A DNA stretch of 64,000 nt, counting the filler, from Piptocephalis cylindrospora (lineage: Eukaryota): NCBI GenBank assembly GCA_003614145.1. It is 8 parts of 8 records of this genome, joined end to end, with 100 filler letters (N's around TTAATTAATTAA, not from the genome) between each part and the next. Parts side by side here need not be neighbours in the genome. Positions count along the whole stretch, not along the records: positions 1 to 8,252 come from KZ988161.1; positions 8,353 to 16,583 come from KZ988162.1; 6 more parts are not named here. One strand, given 5' to 3'. The notes under the pieces were generated by a model, which was not told where the DNA came from, did no database searches, and saw only the letters and a list, made by a program, of their open reading frames with translations. Below are positions 1 through 12,628 of this stretch, piece after piece; position 1 is the stretch's first letter; each line of letters begins with the position of its first letter. The position numbers were made by a program, and so were the translations under genes.

Positions 1-44
1 TTCAAACCCCTCTTCCCCATACCCATCACCATCACCAGTCCATC

Positions 45-1589
45 ATGCCCTCATCAACACCGGTGGCAATCCCTTCTTTAGTCTCGTTGGCCCATCTGCC
101 CACTCCGTTCACCAAAGACCTCTCCCCTCTACCACTCCCAGGGAGAGCCCCTGAAGACGAGGCAGGGGACCCCATCTCCTCTGAAGCCTCAAACATCCCC
201 ATCACTCAGCCCACCGACGCACAGGCCATATGTCGTACGTGTCATCAGTCCTTCTCCTCGGTGACCCTTCAACGCCAGCATTTTCAGAGCGCCTCGCACT
301 TATATGAGATCCAAAAGTACCTTCGGTCCCTGAACCTCTCTTCTCACTCCGCCACCCCCCTCCTCATCAACAAGGATGGGAGCACCCTGACCCCAGAACA
401 GGATGAAGTCTTGATCCAGGAGGCTATAATATCTAGACGTAGGGTCGTTGGAAGTCCTTTTGCTTGGTATACCGTGGAGGCCTTTCCAGAATTTAAGTTT
501 GGTTTTTGGAAAAAGGTGCTGTTCCCCCAGGATAAGGTCACCTCTTCGGAGCCTCCATTGGCGTGGGTCAAAGCCCAAGCATCGGCCCTTCAAGGTTCAT
601 GGGCCATCCTGATTCTCTCCGGGGGCTTCTTTGCCGGGGTGATCCTCGATCCCCGAACCCACGTCATCCTGAAGCATAAGACTTTTCGTCGATACACAAC
701 TCGAAGAAAGCAAGGAGGCAGTCAGTTAGCTTATGATCGTAAATCTGGGCGCGCAGCTCGTAGTGCTGGTGCCTCCCTTCGTAGGGCCAATGAGATACAG
801 CTAGAGGAGGTATGTACAAGTGGATAAAGAAATATGGAAAAGATCATTGATCGAGACCCAACTCTTCTATACTCCATAGGATATCCTCAAGCTCATGGAG
901 ACATGGAAAGCTGATTTGGATGCTAGTTCACGAATCTTTCTACGTCTTCCTCGATGGCAGCGATCCATGTTCATTGGCCAAGGACAAGACAGTGTATTTG
1001 CCAAGACAGATACTCGTGTTCGGTCTATCCCCTTTAGGACTAACCGGCCTGTAAGCTAAAATGACGCACAATTAAAGAGAGAAATGTGGACTGATTCACC
1101 CCTTTCAATCCCATGACGTAGTCATTAAAGGAAGCGGAAAGGGTCTTTGATGAGCTGGTGCGAGTTCGCGTTACAAAGTTGGAAGAAGAGGAGGAGGAAG
1201 AAGAGGAGCTAGAAGATGAAGAGGAGGTAGAGGATGAAGAGGAAGTAGAAGATAAAGAGGAAAGCATTTATTTGAAAAACACCTCATCGGATACATCCGA
1301 GGAAGAAGAAGAGGAAGATCAGGAAAAAACCTATCGGATGAAAGACTTGGTCGATGCAGGGATGTACGATTCATTGGTAAATGCCACCTTTACCGCATCG
1401 ACTCAAGGATCCAACAAGGCGAGGAGGAGTAAGAAGGCTAGGAAGAGAAGGGCCAAGAAGGATCGTCAATCCATCGCCCCGGAGGATCCCGCTCCCACTG
1501 TCCCGAGTCCCCCACCGGACCCACCCGAACCAGAGAGGAAAAAATCACTGGTAGAGGGTTGGCTGATAAAGACACTTGGGCTTGGGTAA
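45..1589 (+). CDS. VMS1: Vms1/ANKZF1-family protein (C2H2 zinc finger + VLRF1 release-factor domain); introns 810-879 and 1051-1121
   Basis: CRTC...HFQSASH zinc finger; GGFFAG, HKTFRRYTTRRKQGGSQ and SAGASLRRANE motifs. Splicing restores DTRVRSIPFRTNRP-SLKEAERVFDEL. Confidence 0.9.
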
Positions 1590-1640
1590 TACACGCGCAC
1601 GTAAGATGAGGATTTGGCCCAGAAATGTCTTATTTTCCCT

Positions 1641-4600
1641 TTACAACTTGGCCGGGGGTGATGCTTGATCGGCTGCTTTACTCAACTTGCTCGCATCAGG
1701 GTTCCATCCACGAGTCCCAACGAGATCAGCCAGGGCAAGAACCCGAGTACTGACTATATATTCGGGAGATGATGTGATAATGAGAATGGATGACTACACG
1801 CACTCTCCCTCTTCAACCATCTCCAGTATGAGACTTACCGGTAGCATTATCCCGACGATTCTTCCCCTCTCGGCGGAATTGGCCAATGCGATCGACCAGG
1901 GACCAAAGCTGACCCTGGGGAAGAAGGGCTCCGTATTGATGTCTTTCCGGCACACAAGCAGGATGAATGGCCACGGCAGGGCCTTCCTTATTCCCAGTCT
2001 TAGGCTTGACCATGAGCATGCCCATGGTTTTGAACCAATTATATGCATTCTTTAGGGTCTCCTTGTTGATCGATTCAAGGTAGCTTAGGTCTCCTAAATG
2101 ACGAAGAGAGTATCAGTACTACAAGAGGCATAGTGCTCTGTAGAGGAGTGAAAAAGAGGGGGGGAAAAAACCTTACCTTGATAATACAAGGTTTTTCCAA
2201 GGATGAGGACCTGGTCCATAAAAGCCTTTTCATCCACCCATACCACCATCTCCTCCCCATTATTCCCCTCCTCCTCCTCTTCTCCAGTCTGTGTCCTTTC
2301 TTCATCCTCTGATGGTACCCGGAATCCTTTAGGGTCAAAACTCTCCCAGGCCTTTCCGGAAAGGTGAATGCCCATGGGCATAGCCTCGACAGATTGAGTG
2401 GCGGCCAGGGAAGAGGCAGAGGGAACGAGGGAAAAGAGACTGACAGCTGCTAGCCAGTACGACTCGATGAACGGCCATAGGAGGAAGCAGTAAAAGTCTA
2501 CTCGGGCGTACCATGGATCAGGACACGTGAGAGAGGGATGGGTGAGATGAGCACGCGCCCTAAATGGAGAGAGACAAAAAAAAAACAAGGCATACCATAA
2601 TTCTCCCTTCCAATCGCTCTTTCTCTAGGGGATAACTCGACACCCTTATCGTCTACTTGGATGATCTCAGCATCTTCCAGGCTCCTTAGGGTGTGGGAGA
2701 CATTGACGTCCACGCCTCCGGGGTTATAGATGAATTCGCCCTTAAGGAGCTGGGAGAGAAAAGAGATACTCTGGATCAAATCATCCTGTGGGATCTTCTG
2801 GTCCTCCCATGCTCCTCCCACTTTGATGCGGGCGTACATGGCAACGGAAACAATGGATTCGGAGATGAAGAGATGAATAACCTGGTTTCGGTAGTAGCTT
2901 AACTCTGTACTACTAGCGGCGTAGTAGACCGGCTCAAGCAAGGCCTTCCTAACCCCAACCAATTCTCGAAGGACTTTGAGGGCTCTTTAGGGGAGTGGTA
3001 GGCGAGAGGTTGAGTGAGAATAAACAGTGCCGCTCTCCTCAAGGAAAACGTCATCAAGTAAAAGTGTACCTATCCACAATTTCATCGACGGGCTTCCCGG
3101 CAAAGTGAGCGACACGACCCCCATGAAGAAAGACTTCACGACGTAGCCATTCCACCCGACGGATCAGCTCTCTCCTGCCTACACCTCTACCTCGAATAGT
3201 GAGGATGGCAGTGCCGACCAGAGCAGTAGGCATGACAACAGAGGCGGAATTGATATCAGAGAGGATTCGGTATCCAAGGGACCTAAGAAGGACCCTCCTG
3301 TCCTCTCCATCATCCTTTGGGTCAAAAGGAGACGAGGAAGGGGGGGAGTTTGACGCGCTTCGAAGGTCCATCTGTCCCTGGATGTACTCTTTAAGTGAAT
3401 AGGGCTTTGCAAAGCGAACATCTACTCTTCCCCATTTGAGCTAAAGATAGGAAGGGGAAGGACCCGATGATGAGCGATCATCTTTGATGACGAAAAGAAT
3501 GCCTTTCCCTGCCTCCAATTCACCCCTTACCTGAAGATGATGGGAGCTGGAAAAGAGTCGCCAAAGGGATTCCTTTTCCTTTGGCTTTCCCAGGAGCTCA
3601 TCGACATAACTCGCCGTCTCAATGACCTAGGAGAGAGAGGGGGAGGAGGGGGATGAGATAAAGTAGACATATATTCCCCCCTAGTCTGCATAGGCTGACT
3701 TACCCTATCATAACCAAGACTCATGGGGACAATGATACAGTCATCAACTCGACCACTGACGACCGAATCAAGGATCATTTTGAGGAGGCCAAAGCGAGGA
3801 TTCAATAGCTTGCCGGTACGAGACCGAGTGCCCTCGATAAAGAACTCTATGTTATGACCACGTTTCAGCAAGGTCTATGTGAGGTGGGGAGAGGATGAAG
3901 GGATGTGGCGTCAGGGGGTATCCATAGTGTAGATTTTACTGGGTAAGATTTACCTCGACATACTCGGTGACGATGTCATTGTACAGGGAATCGCCTGACC
4001 AGCTTCTACGAATGTAAAAGGCACCACCCTTCCGAAGGATAGTACCGGCAATGGGGAAGTTAATGTTATCTCCAGCGGCAATGTGGGGAAGAGCAAGGCC
4101 CAGTCGGTAGAACACAATGGAGATGAGGAGATAATCAATGTGAGATCGATGGGAGGGAACAACGATGAGGGATTGACCCCTTGCAGCCGCCCTGACCGCT
4201 TGTTTCCGCAGCTTTGTGGCCATGGAGGAAGAGTGAAGGAGTGAATGAGCGGGTAAGCGAGGTAGAGAAGGAGGATAGAGCCTACCTCGGCATACTCGGC
4301 ATGATGGATAGTAATGCCCTCGTGATATAAACGAGCTAGGATATTACCCAGGCCAAAGGCCATTAGTCTAGAGAGAGGAGATGAGGGATAAGTGCCTTGA
4401 GATGGCCCGGTTCAGCAAGCACATACTTGATAGGACGAATGCTGTTCAGGTTGGCAATGAGTTTTCCAATAATACGACGGGCTAGTAGATCCAGCTCCTT
4501 TTCCATCTGCCTCCTCTGCCTCATCTCGGCTTTGACGGAGAGAGAGGCCTTGATGGGATTCTTTTCGGCTCGAGCAACCAAGATCTGAGCAGCCTGATGC

Positions 4601-5067
4601 TGTGCCAATTTTCGGATGCATGCTTGAACTAGGTCATGAGAGTGGGTAGGGGGGATAGATGAGTGCGATGGCCCATTTATCGATTCACGGATACGGAGCG
4701 CACTTACCCTTGTCACTACGTAGGAGATGATCGCGCATCTCCTCGGTATATCTAGGATGAAAGAGTCGAGTTCCAACGTAATCCTCATAGGATCTCCATC
4801 CGGAGCCCCGATGAAATGCCACGCCCTCCGAGGTGAGACGGTAGACAAAGCCTAGAGGATCGGCACGGAAGGAACCAAGGTTTCTTTGCCTGGAAAGAAG
4901 AGTGAGTTGAAAGAGGGGAAGGGATAAAGAGTATGACCTTACAGGACCATTTCCATCTTCTCTTCGTTCTCCGTGGCCGGGGGAGACGGCCCGGTAAGCG
5001 TAGGATCGTTAGCATCGGATGGCGAGGACACGCCGGGATGAGTGGGAGAGTGGTCGGGTGGGGACAT
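1641..5067 (-). CDS. PlsB/GNPAT-type glycerol-3-phosphate or DHAP acyltransferase, multi-exon, C-terminal PTS1 (AKL)
   Basis: Acyltransferase blocks PSHRSHIDY, GAFYIRRS, FFIEGTRSRTGK, IVPMSLGYD. Last exons splice to RREGKNRRDNATVSTRVL...SPPAKL* (TAA at 1641-1643). Inferred start MSPPDHS at 5067. Confidence 0.88.
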
Positions 5068-6253
5068 GTGTGAGGAGAGTGGCAGGAACTATCCAAAGGC
5101 ACAGGGAAGAGTTGATTGAGGATGAGGTCCGAGAGGGGAAATCAGGATGAAAAAGCAAACAAGGGAGATAAAGCAAAGAGAGAGTAGGGAGAGGTCAGTG
5201 GTGGTCAGAAGGGAAAGAGGTCAGGTTCAAGAAGGAAGAATCGCCCCGAGTAGGACAAGAAGAAATGAACCTTGAGTAGTGTGGAGAGATAGATAACCAG
5301 GAGGCTGATCACACATATGGAGAGAGACAGTGGGGAACACATACTGACACTGACACACTGACACAGAACAATACTGACACGTCGGATAAACTGACTGGCC
5401 CCACCCAGAGACCTCCTCCCCCACAAACCCCGTGCACGGGAATTTCCCCTCTCCGCATTTTCCCGATATAGAGGACTGACTCTGCCTGAGACACGGTGCT
5501 TGTCTAGAGAGGAGAGATGCAAGAGTATATCAGTGAATCTGCTTGCTCGGGGTAGAAACAACGGACGGGCACAGCGCATTCGGGCTGAATGGTGCGTACC
5601 ATGTTTTGATGATCGCTCTTTAATGAACCATCATATCCCCGCTCAACATGCCACCGTCCTCCTCCTTTTCCTCCTCTTTCTCGTAAAGGCACTCGGTATA
5701 GGCTTGTTCATGGGCGAAAGATGAAAAGCGACATTGGAACATTCATTTGAGATGCTCTACAAGAAAGTCCCATGGGCGATATTTTATAATCCTAGGCTGC
5801 TGCTGCTGTGCATGCGGAAGGAGGTCCGCTCTCTCTTGCCCGTGTGGATCTGCACAAAGGCCCCATACCGACCAGGAGAAAGCGACTCTAAAAAAAAGTC
5901 CGATCTTTTATTTTTCATCAGGCTGACCCAAGTAAGTCGCGTCCACCTCGGTGTGCAAGTAGTACTACCTCTCAGGATGTGTGGGCAAGGCAACCCTCAT
6001 CGCACCCTCGCCATGAAGGCCAGGGGCTCAGAGATGGAGGGAGAAGAGGATAAGGCTGGCCCATCTTTCTCTCTCTCTCCCTTATCCATTCCACACACAC
6101 ACACACACACACACACGCAGGTACTGGATACACTCTCTTCCGCCCCCCACCACTTGTCAAACTCTCTCTGCCCCAGTTCAAAACGTGAACCGGGCTCCTC
6201 CTCTCTCTTCTTCACCCTATTTTTCCTCTGCTCGTTCGCTCATCAACTTTGGG

Positions 6254-7467
6254 ATGCCACGTACGACCCTTCATGTCTCCGGTTTCCCCGTGTATGCACG
6301 GGCCCGCGACTTAGCGGGAGCCTTTGAGAGGTAAGAAGGAGGGACGGGGACGAGGGGGAAGTGTGAGGGCCTTTGGACTCATCCCTCTCATGTAGATATG
6401 GTTATGTATGCAGGTGTGATATTCCACCCCCCCGGTCCTCCAGGTCCAGGCCCTTTGCATTTGTGGAATATGAGGATCCGCGGGATGCGGAGGATGCTTA
6501 CTTTAAGATGAAGGATCGTCGGGTACTTGGCAAGTACTTGGACATTCAATGGGCAAGGCCTGATAGGAAAGCCCCAGTCCGGGGTCGTCCACGCTCCCGT
6601 AGTCCCGGGAAGGACCGTGCTGACCAGAAAGATCGTGCAGATACAAGGGTGGATGTGGTGGATGGGGACGAAAAGATGGTGGATGCAAATGGAAAGGAGG
6701 AGGAGGAGGAGGATGCGGATGTGGTGGAGAGACATAGCGCTCGATCCAGGTCGCATGGATCTGAGAGTAAGATGAGTGCTCGATCCAGATCTCGAGGATC
6801 TGAGAGCAAGAGAAGCGCCCGATCCAGATCTCGTAGTCCAGAGACAAGGGGAAAAGGGGCTCGATCCCGATCCCGTAGCCCGGATGCAAGGAGAAGCAGT
6901 AGGAGGGCAGATCATCGGTCTAGATCTCGAAGTCCCTCTCGACGTCGGTCGTATGCTCGATCCCGATCTCCGCCCCCATACCGGAGAGGAGGGAGGTCTA
7001 GGGGAAGGAGTCCAGTTTATAGGAGAAGCGGTAGGTCCAGAAGCCCTATGTATCGGAGAAGGGATCGATCCAGATCGAGAAGTCCGCCTCCTCCGAGAAG
7101 GGGAGATCGGTCTAGATCGAGAAGCCCTCTTCCTTCCAGACGAGAGGAGCGATCCAGATCGCGTAGCCCTGCTCGTCGTCGGGAGGAGGAGCCTTCCAGA
7201 CGGAGGGGATACTCTCCTCGACCCTCCCGATATGGACGAGGAAGGTGGGGTGGTGGACACTGGGAGGGTAGAGGAGGTGGTGGACGTCGGGGGCGGGGGG
7301 GTGACCGGAGGGATGAGGGGCGTCGTGATCGATCAACCTCCCGGGATGGGAAGCGGGCCGTAGGGGCAGGATCGCCCCCTCCATCCACGACCGAGGAAAA
7401 GGAGGACAAGATAACAGGGGATGAGGGGGAGTCTATGATGGTGGAGGAGCCAGAGATTCAGGCTTAG
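6254..7467 (+). CDS. SR splicing factor (one RRM + RS domain), Srp1/SRSF-like; intron 6331-6395
   Basis: MPRTTLHVSGF...RARDLAGAFER/YG...RPFAFVEYEDPRDAEDAY (RNP1), followed by a long RSRS-repeat domain. Confidence 0.9.
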
Positions 7468-8214
7468 AGCGGGGCGTTGTTTTTGATGAGGATGGAGCCT
7501 GAGATTCGGAATTGAGGGGCAATGGACGACGGAACAGGCTGAGATACACACGCTTGAGGGGTAGATGATGGTGGATGAAATGAGAAGTGGGGAATAGTCT
7601 GTTTGTGTTGCTGAAACGAGTGGGAATGGGGGGGAATGAAAAAAACGAGATGATGGTTGTGATCAATGGAGGGTGGAATGAGTTTCAAGTTTAGAAGAGA
7701 GGAGACGATTTTGGGCGTTCTTTGTATGCAGAACCGGAGCATATCAAGCGCGGTGCGATCTTGTCTTGCCGAGCTTCTTCCTCCTGGAAGATCCTCAGTC
7801 GTATGACGGAGACGGGCTTGTCTGTGCGTGTGCGCATGTGTGTGTGTATGTGCATGTATGTGTGCGGGGGCGGGTTGAGCTGTCTCGCGGTGTGAGAAGC
7901 GTGGATCTTTTTTTTTCTTCACATACGCGTCCTCCACAGCCCAACACTACCGCGATTGCTTGGGTAGAATGAAAAGTATTCTCATGATGCATGGAGTCTC
8001 CTGCATTGTTGACTAGGACTTTCTTGTCGATACAATGGATGCACTAGATTAGACTAGAACTGGACGGCAGCAATTCACTCGTCTGTTTATTGTCTATCCC
8101 TGGTCCATAAGTGATGGAAGTAAGTGGAGATCCACTTGACTTGGCCTCCTTGGTCTGGGCGGAGTATCTATCTGTGGGCGCAGCTCAAGTGTACTTTCCC
8201 TCCGCCTCTCCACT

Positions 8215-8246
<32 letters not shown>

Positions 8247-8252
8247 TATATA

Positions 8253-8352
8253 NNNNNNNNNNNNNNNNNNNNNNNNNNNNNNNNNNNNNNNNNNNNTTAA
8301 TTAATTAANNNNNNNNNNNNNNNNNNNNNNNNNNNNNNNNNNNNNNNNNNNN
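8253..8352. other. Artificial contig spacer; identical spacers at 16584-16683, 24891-24990, 33188-33287, 41469-41568, 49737-49836, 57993-58092
   Basis: 44 N + TTAATTAATTAA (stops in six frames) + 44 N, seven times, with decreasing contig lengths. Confidence 0.99.
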
Positions 8353-8391
<39 letters not shown>

Positions 8392-8778
8392 CCCCCCCCC
8401 CCCCCCCACACACACACCCTTCACTCCGCTTGACCTCGATCCACACATATTCTCCACAACCCCGCGCTCTTCACTGCTCTTCTCAACTTCTCCCCCCCCT
8501 TCTCCTCTTATCCTTCCCTTCTCCTCTTATCCTTCTCTTCTCTTCCCCCAGGAGCGCTCCTCTTCCGCTCTCTCACCCCCTTACTATTTCTCCCTTGCTA
8601 CTCTCTCACTCCCCTACTACTTCTTCCTTGCCACTCTCCCTCTCGAGACCCCCTCTTTCTTACCCGTTTTATTCGCATCTATCTCTCCCTCTATCTCGCT
8701 CATCTCTCTCACCCCCTCCCCCATCTCTCCGTTTCATTTCGTCTCGTCTCATCATCTCATCTCATCCCCTCCTCTCCC

Positions 8779-10066
8779 ATGTCAAAGAACGTCCTAATCA
8801 TTGGTGGGATCGAGCCTGTAGGCCGGTACTTGGTCAAACTACTCGTCGACACCCTAAAGGAAGGCTCGCACATCCGCGTTGTGGATCGTCGAGTCCCCTC
8901 TCCGTCCATGTTGCGCCCCGAGCACGTCAAGGCCTTTGCCGCCGTCGACTTTATCCAGGCCAACATGGCCAATCCAGAGACCGTCAGCCGTGTCTTTACT
9001 CTACCCGGGAACGCCAAGTTCGACTGCGTCTTCAACTGCGCTGCTGCTGCCAATGATTGGGATGTGGAAGAAGTCCTCCGTCAACGCTACATCATCAAGC
9101 CTCGCCTCTGTGCTGAGCACGTCGTGGCCCACAAAATCCCCGTCTACGTTCACCTCTCCACCGGTTGCTTCTACAAGGATGATGGCTACCAGAATGACGA
9201 ATCCCGTCCCATGGTCCCCCTCACTCGCATTGCCCAGTATGTCATTGACATGGAGGAGGGGCTTCGGAAGATCCCAGGACTTCCCCTCGTCCTCGTCCGT
9301 CCCGCCATCCCCTGGGGCAAAGATGATTTCGGTCTTTTGCCCGCCATGATGGTCGGGTCCGTCCTACACATTCAGAATGACATGGAGTGGCTTCAACCCG
9401 CTACCCCGGACATTCGTTATAACCTTGTTCATCTTAAAGACATTGCCCGTGCCATGATCCATCTTGCTAAGTGGTATGTGGATCAAGGCAAGACCGGTAC
9501 GGTCGTCTACAATGTGGCCGACAATTCCGATATGAGTAAGTGGCTGTTATGACGATGTGATCATATAGTCATGAAGAGAGAAACCTCATCCATCCTTCCC
9601 TCCCCTCCTCTCTCTCTTTCTCTCTCTCTCTCTCCCTGTAGATGGTAACATCGGTCTATTGTACGTCCAAAAGGCCTATCCTCAGCTCAAATACAGGCAT
9701 ATTCCGCCCGATGCTGATCAGCGTCCCACCAGAGTAAGCTGCTCCATCTCCCTGTGAAGGAGCTTTTTCCAACCACTCATCCTCCCTCTCCAGGCGGATA
9801 TGGAAAAGGTTCATGAAGCCACCAACAATCTCCTCCAAGAGCAATGGTCCTACTACCTGGCCGATGAGGGCATCTACAATAGCACGCTTATCCCTTCCCT
9901 CAACCTGGAATTCTGCCTCCTTCATGGCTTGGCCGTCGATGGCCGTGCTATTACCCGGGATACCGGCTTTACCTACGAGTACGACGAGAGCTTCACCTAC
10001 GAGGATCTCCGGGAAATGCACCGTGATTTCATTGAGCGGGGTCTTTGGCCCAAGGGTAGTCTGTAG
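8779..10066 (+). CDS. NAD-dependent epimerase/dehydratase-like extended SDR; introns ~9535-9641 and ~9734-9793
   Basis: KNVLIIGG, IRVVDR, FDCVFNCAA, YVHLST, LVLVRPA, VHLKDIARA, VYNVAD: Rossmann/extended-SDR pattern. Confidence 0.8.
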
Positions 10067-10855
10067 AGTGGGAGGTGAGGAGGATGTGTGTGTGCGTGCT
10101 TTGGTGGGGCTGTCTCTAAGTTTTTGGGTCCTTTCTTTTATTCATGCTTTCATTGATCCATCCTGTCTCATCAAGGAAGGATGAGTAAAATGTCTGTCTG
10201 TTGCCGATGGGCTGAGGAGAAGTGGTGGTGATTGATCGACTGCGGGCGAGTCGATGTGGGTCAGTTTTTTCTTCTTTTTTCAATATACACCGTTAAGGCG
10301 GATGCTTTGTCGTTCCCATTCCATTCTGGATTTTATCTTGTACCTCGTTTCGGGGGAGGGTGGGATATCCCCTCCTCAGATGGGCTGAACGAAAGTGCCC
10401 CTACCTTAAAGGATGTGCTCATGCTGACCTTCAATTACCAAGTCTTGACCTAAAACAGCGTCAGCCCAAGTACCGTCCTGCACAGCCTCAAGTCAGCTTC
10501 GAAAATCCGGCACAGCCGAAAAAAAAGAAAAACCCTCCACACTTACATAGAGCGTGGTCGAGACCACCACCACAGGGGGTAGTAATATGTCGATCCCACC
10601 ACGATCCAAAGGGCCGGTCTCTCCTTCATATTCTCCATTCTCTTCGTCAGTGCTCTGTCTCCCCTAAAACCAACCATCTCACATCATGGGTGCAAGACGA
10701 GGAAAGGATAATGTCAATTGGAAAATCGGCCTACTCGAGGCCAAGGTAAGTCATCAGTACCGTCGCTGTAGGGACAAGCGTTACCCCAGCCCAGCCCATC
10801 CCATCCCAGCCCAGCCTCACCCCATCCCACCCTCACATAGAAAGGCCAGGTCCCC

Positions 10856-12397
10856 ATGGTAGGGGCTGCCCATGCTGCTGTCCGACGAAAGGAACGAAGG
10901 AGGCTAAGTCAGGCTAAAAAAGTCGCTAGGTCCCAGGGCCGTCGAAGGACTGATGCTGAGGCCGTTCTTGCAGAAGGTCTCGCGGATCCCGAGGAACCTG
11001 AGGAGGAGGTGGAGAGGCAGCTTCAGGACTTACTGCGGGAAAAGTGTGCACGAAAGGTCTTTGCCCTGAAAAAGGAGCTGCGACGGTCCGTCAAGAAGGC
11101 CCGCACCCTCGAGGCTCAAAAGGTCTCCAAACGCCTTCAGGTTCTTTCCAAGAAGGAGGAAGAGACTAAGGAGCGTACGACTCTACAAACCAAGTTGGAG
11201 GCACTCAAGGTAGGAATGTTGAGTGATGAATCGGCGTCAAAGTCATGATCACTCATGCTTTCTGCTCCCTAGGCTCTGGATCTGGCCCAGGAGACAGATC
11301 GGTTGTTTGATGAGGCTGTAGCGAAAGAGGCCCACCTGGCCTCCCATCCTCTTCTCCTTCCATCCTCTCCCACGATGGAAAAGACTGACGAATCCACTAC
11401 GACTGAGATGACAGAAGGCTCCACTAAGAAGGTCTCTGTACTACCTTTGACTGGATCTTTACGGGCTGCCGTTGACTCGACATTGCAAGATATTTCCAAG
11501 ACCCTTGATCTCCTTGGGGACCCAGAAAAGAGAAAAGAGGAGCAAGCCGAACGACGGAGACGCCGTCAACTTCTGGCTCCCACTTCTTTTCGAAAAGTAC
11601 AGAATGAGGATGATATGCCCATAGGCACCACTGCGTCCTCCCTCTTCCTCTCTTCCCTCGGTGGAGAGGACGATGAAGAGGAGGACGAAGAGGAGACCCA
11701 TGCTAGGGAGTCCTCCAAGCGTCAGAGGAGGCTCGGTCGGCAGGGGGATGACGATGAGGAGGATGACGATTTTCTCCTTGATCTCATAGAGGAAGATGAG
11801 CTCGTGGTCGATGGAAAAGATATCCGCGGAGGTTTTGAAGATTCCAACTTTGACCAATACTACGGGGGCACCAAAGGCAAGAAAAATCGGGCTGGTCAAC
11901 GAGCTAGGCAGCAAAAGGCCGAGAGTAAGTTTGGCCGCGATGCCAACCATGTCAAGCAACGGGAGACCGTCAAGGCCGTCAAACTCACCTCCCGTCGTGG
12001 CCCTTCTTCTGCTTGGACCAAGCCCTCTTCCGCCCCTGCTCCTGTTGATATAGCCAGCCTCCATCCGTCATGGCAGGCAAAGAAGGCCCAGGAAACCGCC
12101 AAGTTTGAGGGCAAGAAGCTGACCTTCGACACTGATGAGACTGGGGAGGAGGGTTTCAAGTCTGCAAAAGCTGATAATATCTCCAAAGCCTCAAAGACTG
12201 ACAAAGTTTCCAAATCATCAAAAACTGACAAGACCTCCAAATCAGCAAAGGCTGATAAGATCACAAAGACCAGTACTACGGATCCAGACATGCACCCGTC
12301 ATGGGAAGCCAAGCGACGGCAGCAAAAGGCCCTATCCATCTCGACCACGGGTGGTTCGGGAAAGAACAAAATCAAATTTGATTCCGACGAGGATTAG
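10856..12397 (+). CDS. BUD22: Bud22/SRFBP1 ribosome-biogenesis protein; intron ~11210-11272
   Basis: KNRAGQRARQQKAESKFGRDANH, two HPSW motifs (LHPSWQAK, MHPSWEAK), C-terminal KIKFDSD. Confidence 0.85.
12160..12268 (+). repeat. Degenerate 27-nt coding tandem repeat (about 4 copies) in BUD22
   Basis: KSAKADNIS KASKTDKVS KSSKTDKTS KSAKADKIT. Confidence 0.75.
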
Positions 12398-12628
12398 CCC
12401 CGGGCCTTTCTCGACCCCCTCCCTTACTAAGAGGGGATCTAGTATTGTGATGAGGGAGGCAAGCATATGCGTGTATGGGTGGCTCTTAGGAAGATTCAAG
12501 TAGACTTTTGTCCAACTTATGTTATACAACACCTCCATATCGTGTCAAAACGTGTCTAATCGCCTCCCTTCTAACAAACAATAACTTCCTCTCTCCGCCC
12601 ACTCATGCTATTCCCTAGCGGCACCGCT

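Noticed and set aside
6388..7551. Long antisense and alternate-frame ORFs over the SR gene (likewise over BUD22, ASE1, SNU114 and the MFS genes)
   Set aside because: Shadow ORFs from GC-rich or repetitive codon usage; no motifs.
8353..8778. Poly-C run and 208-aa S/L/P-rich ORF at 8430
   Set aside because: Pyrimidine-rich leader and contig-end homopolymer; not credible as coding.
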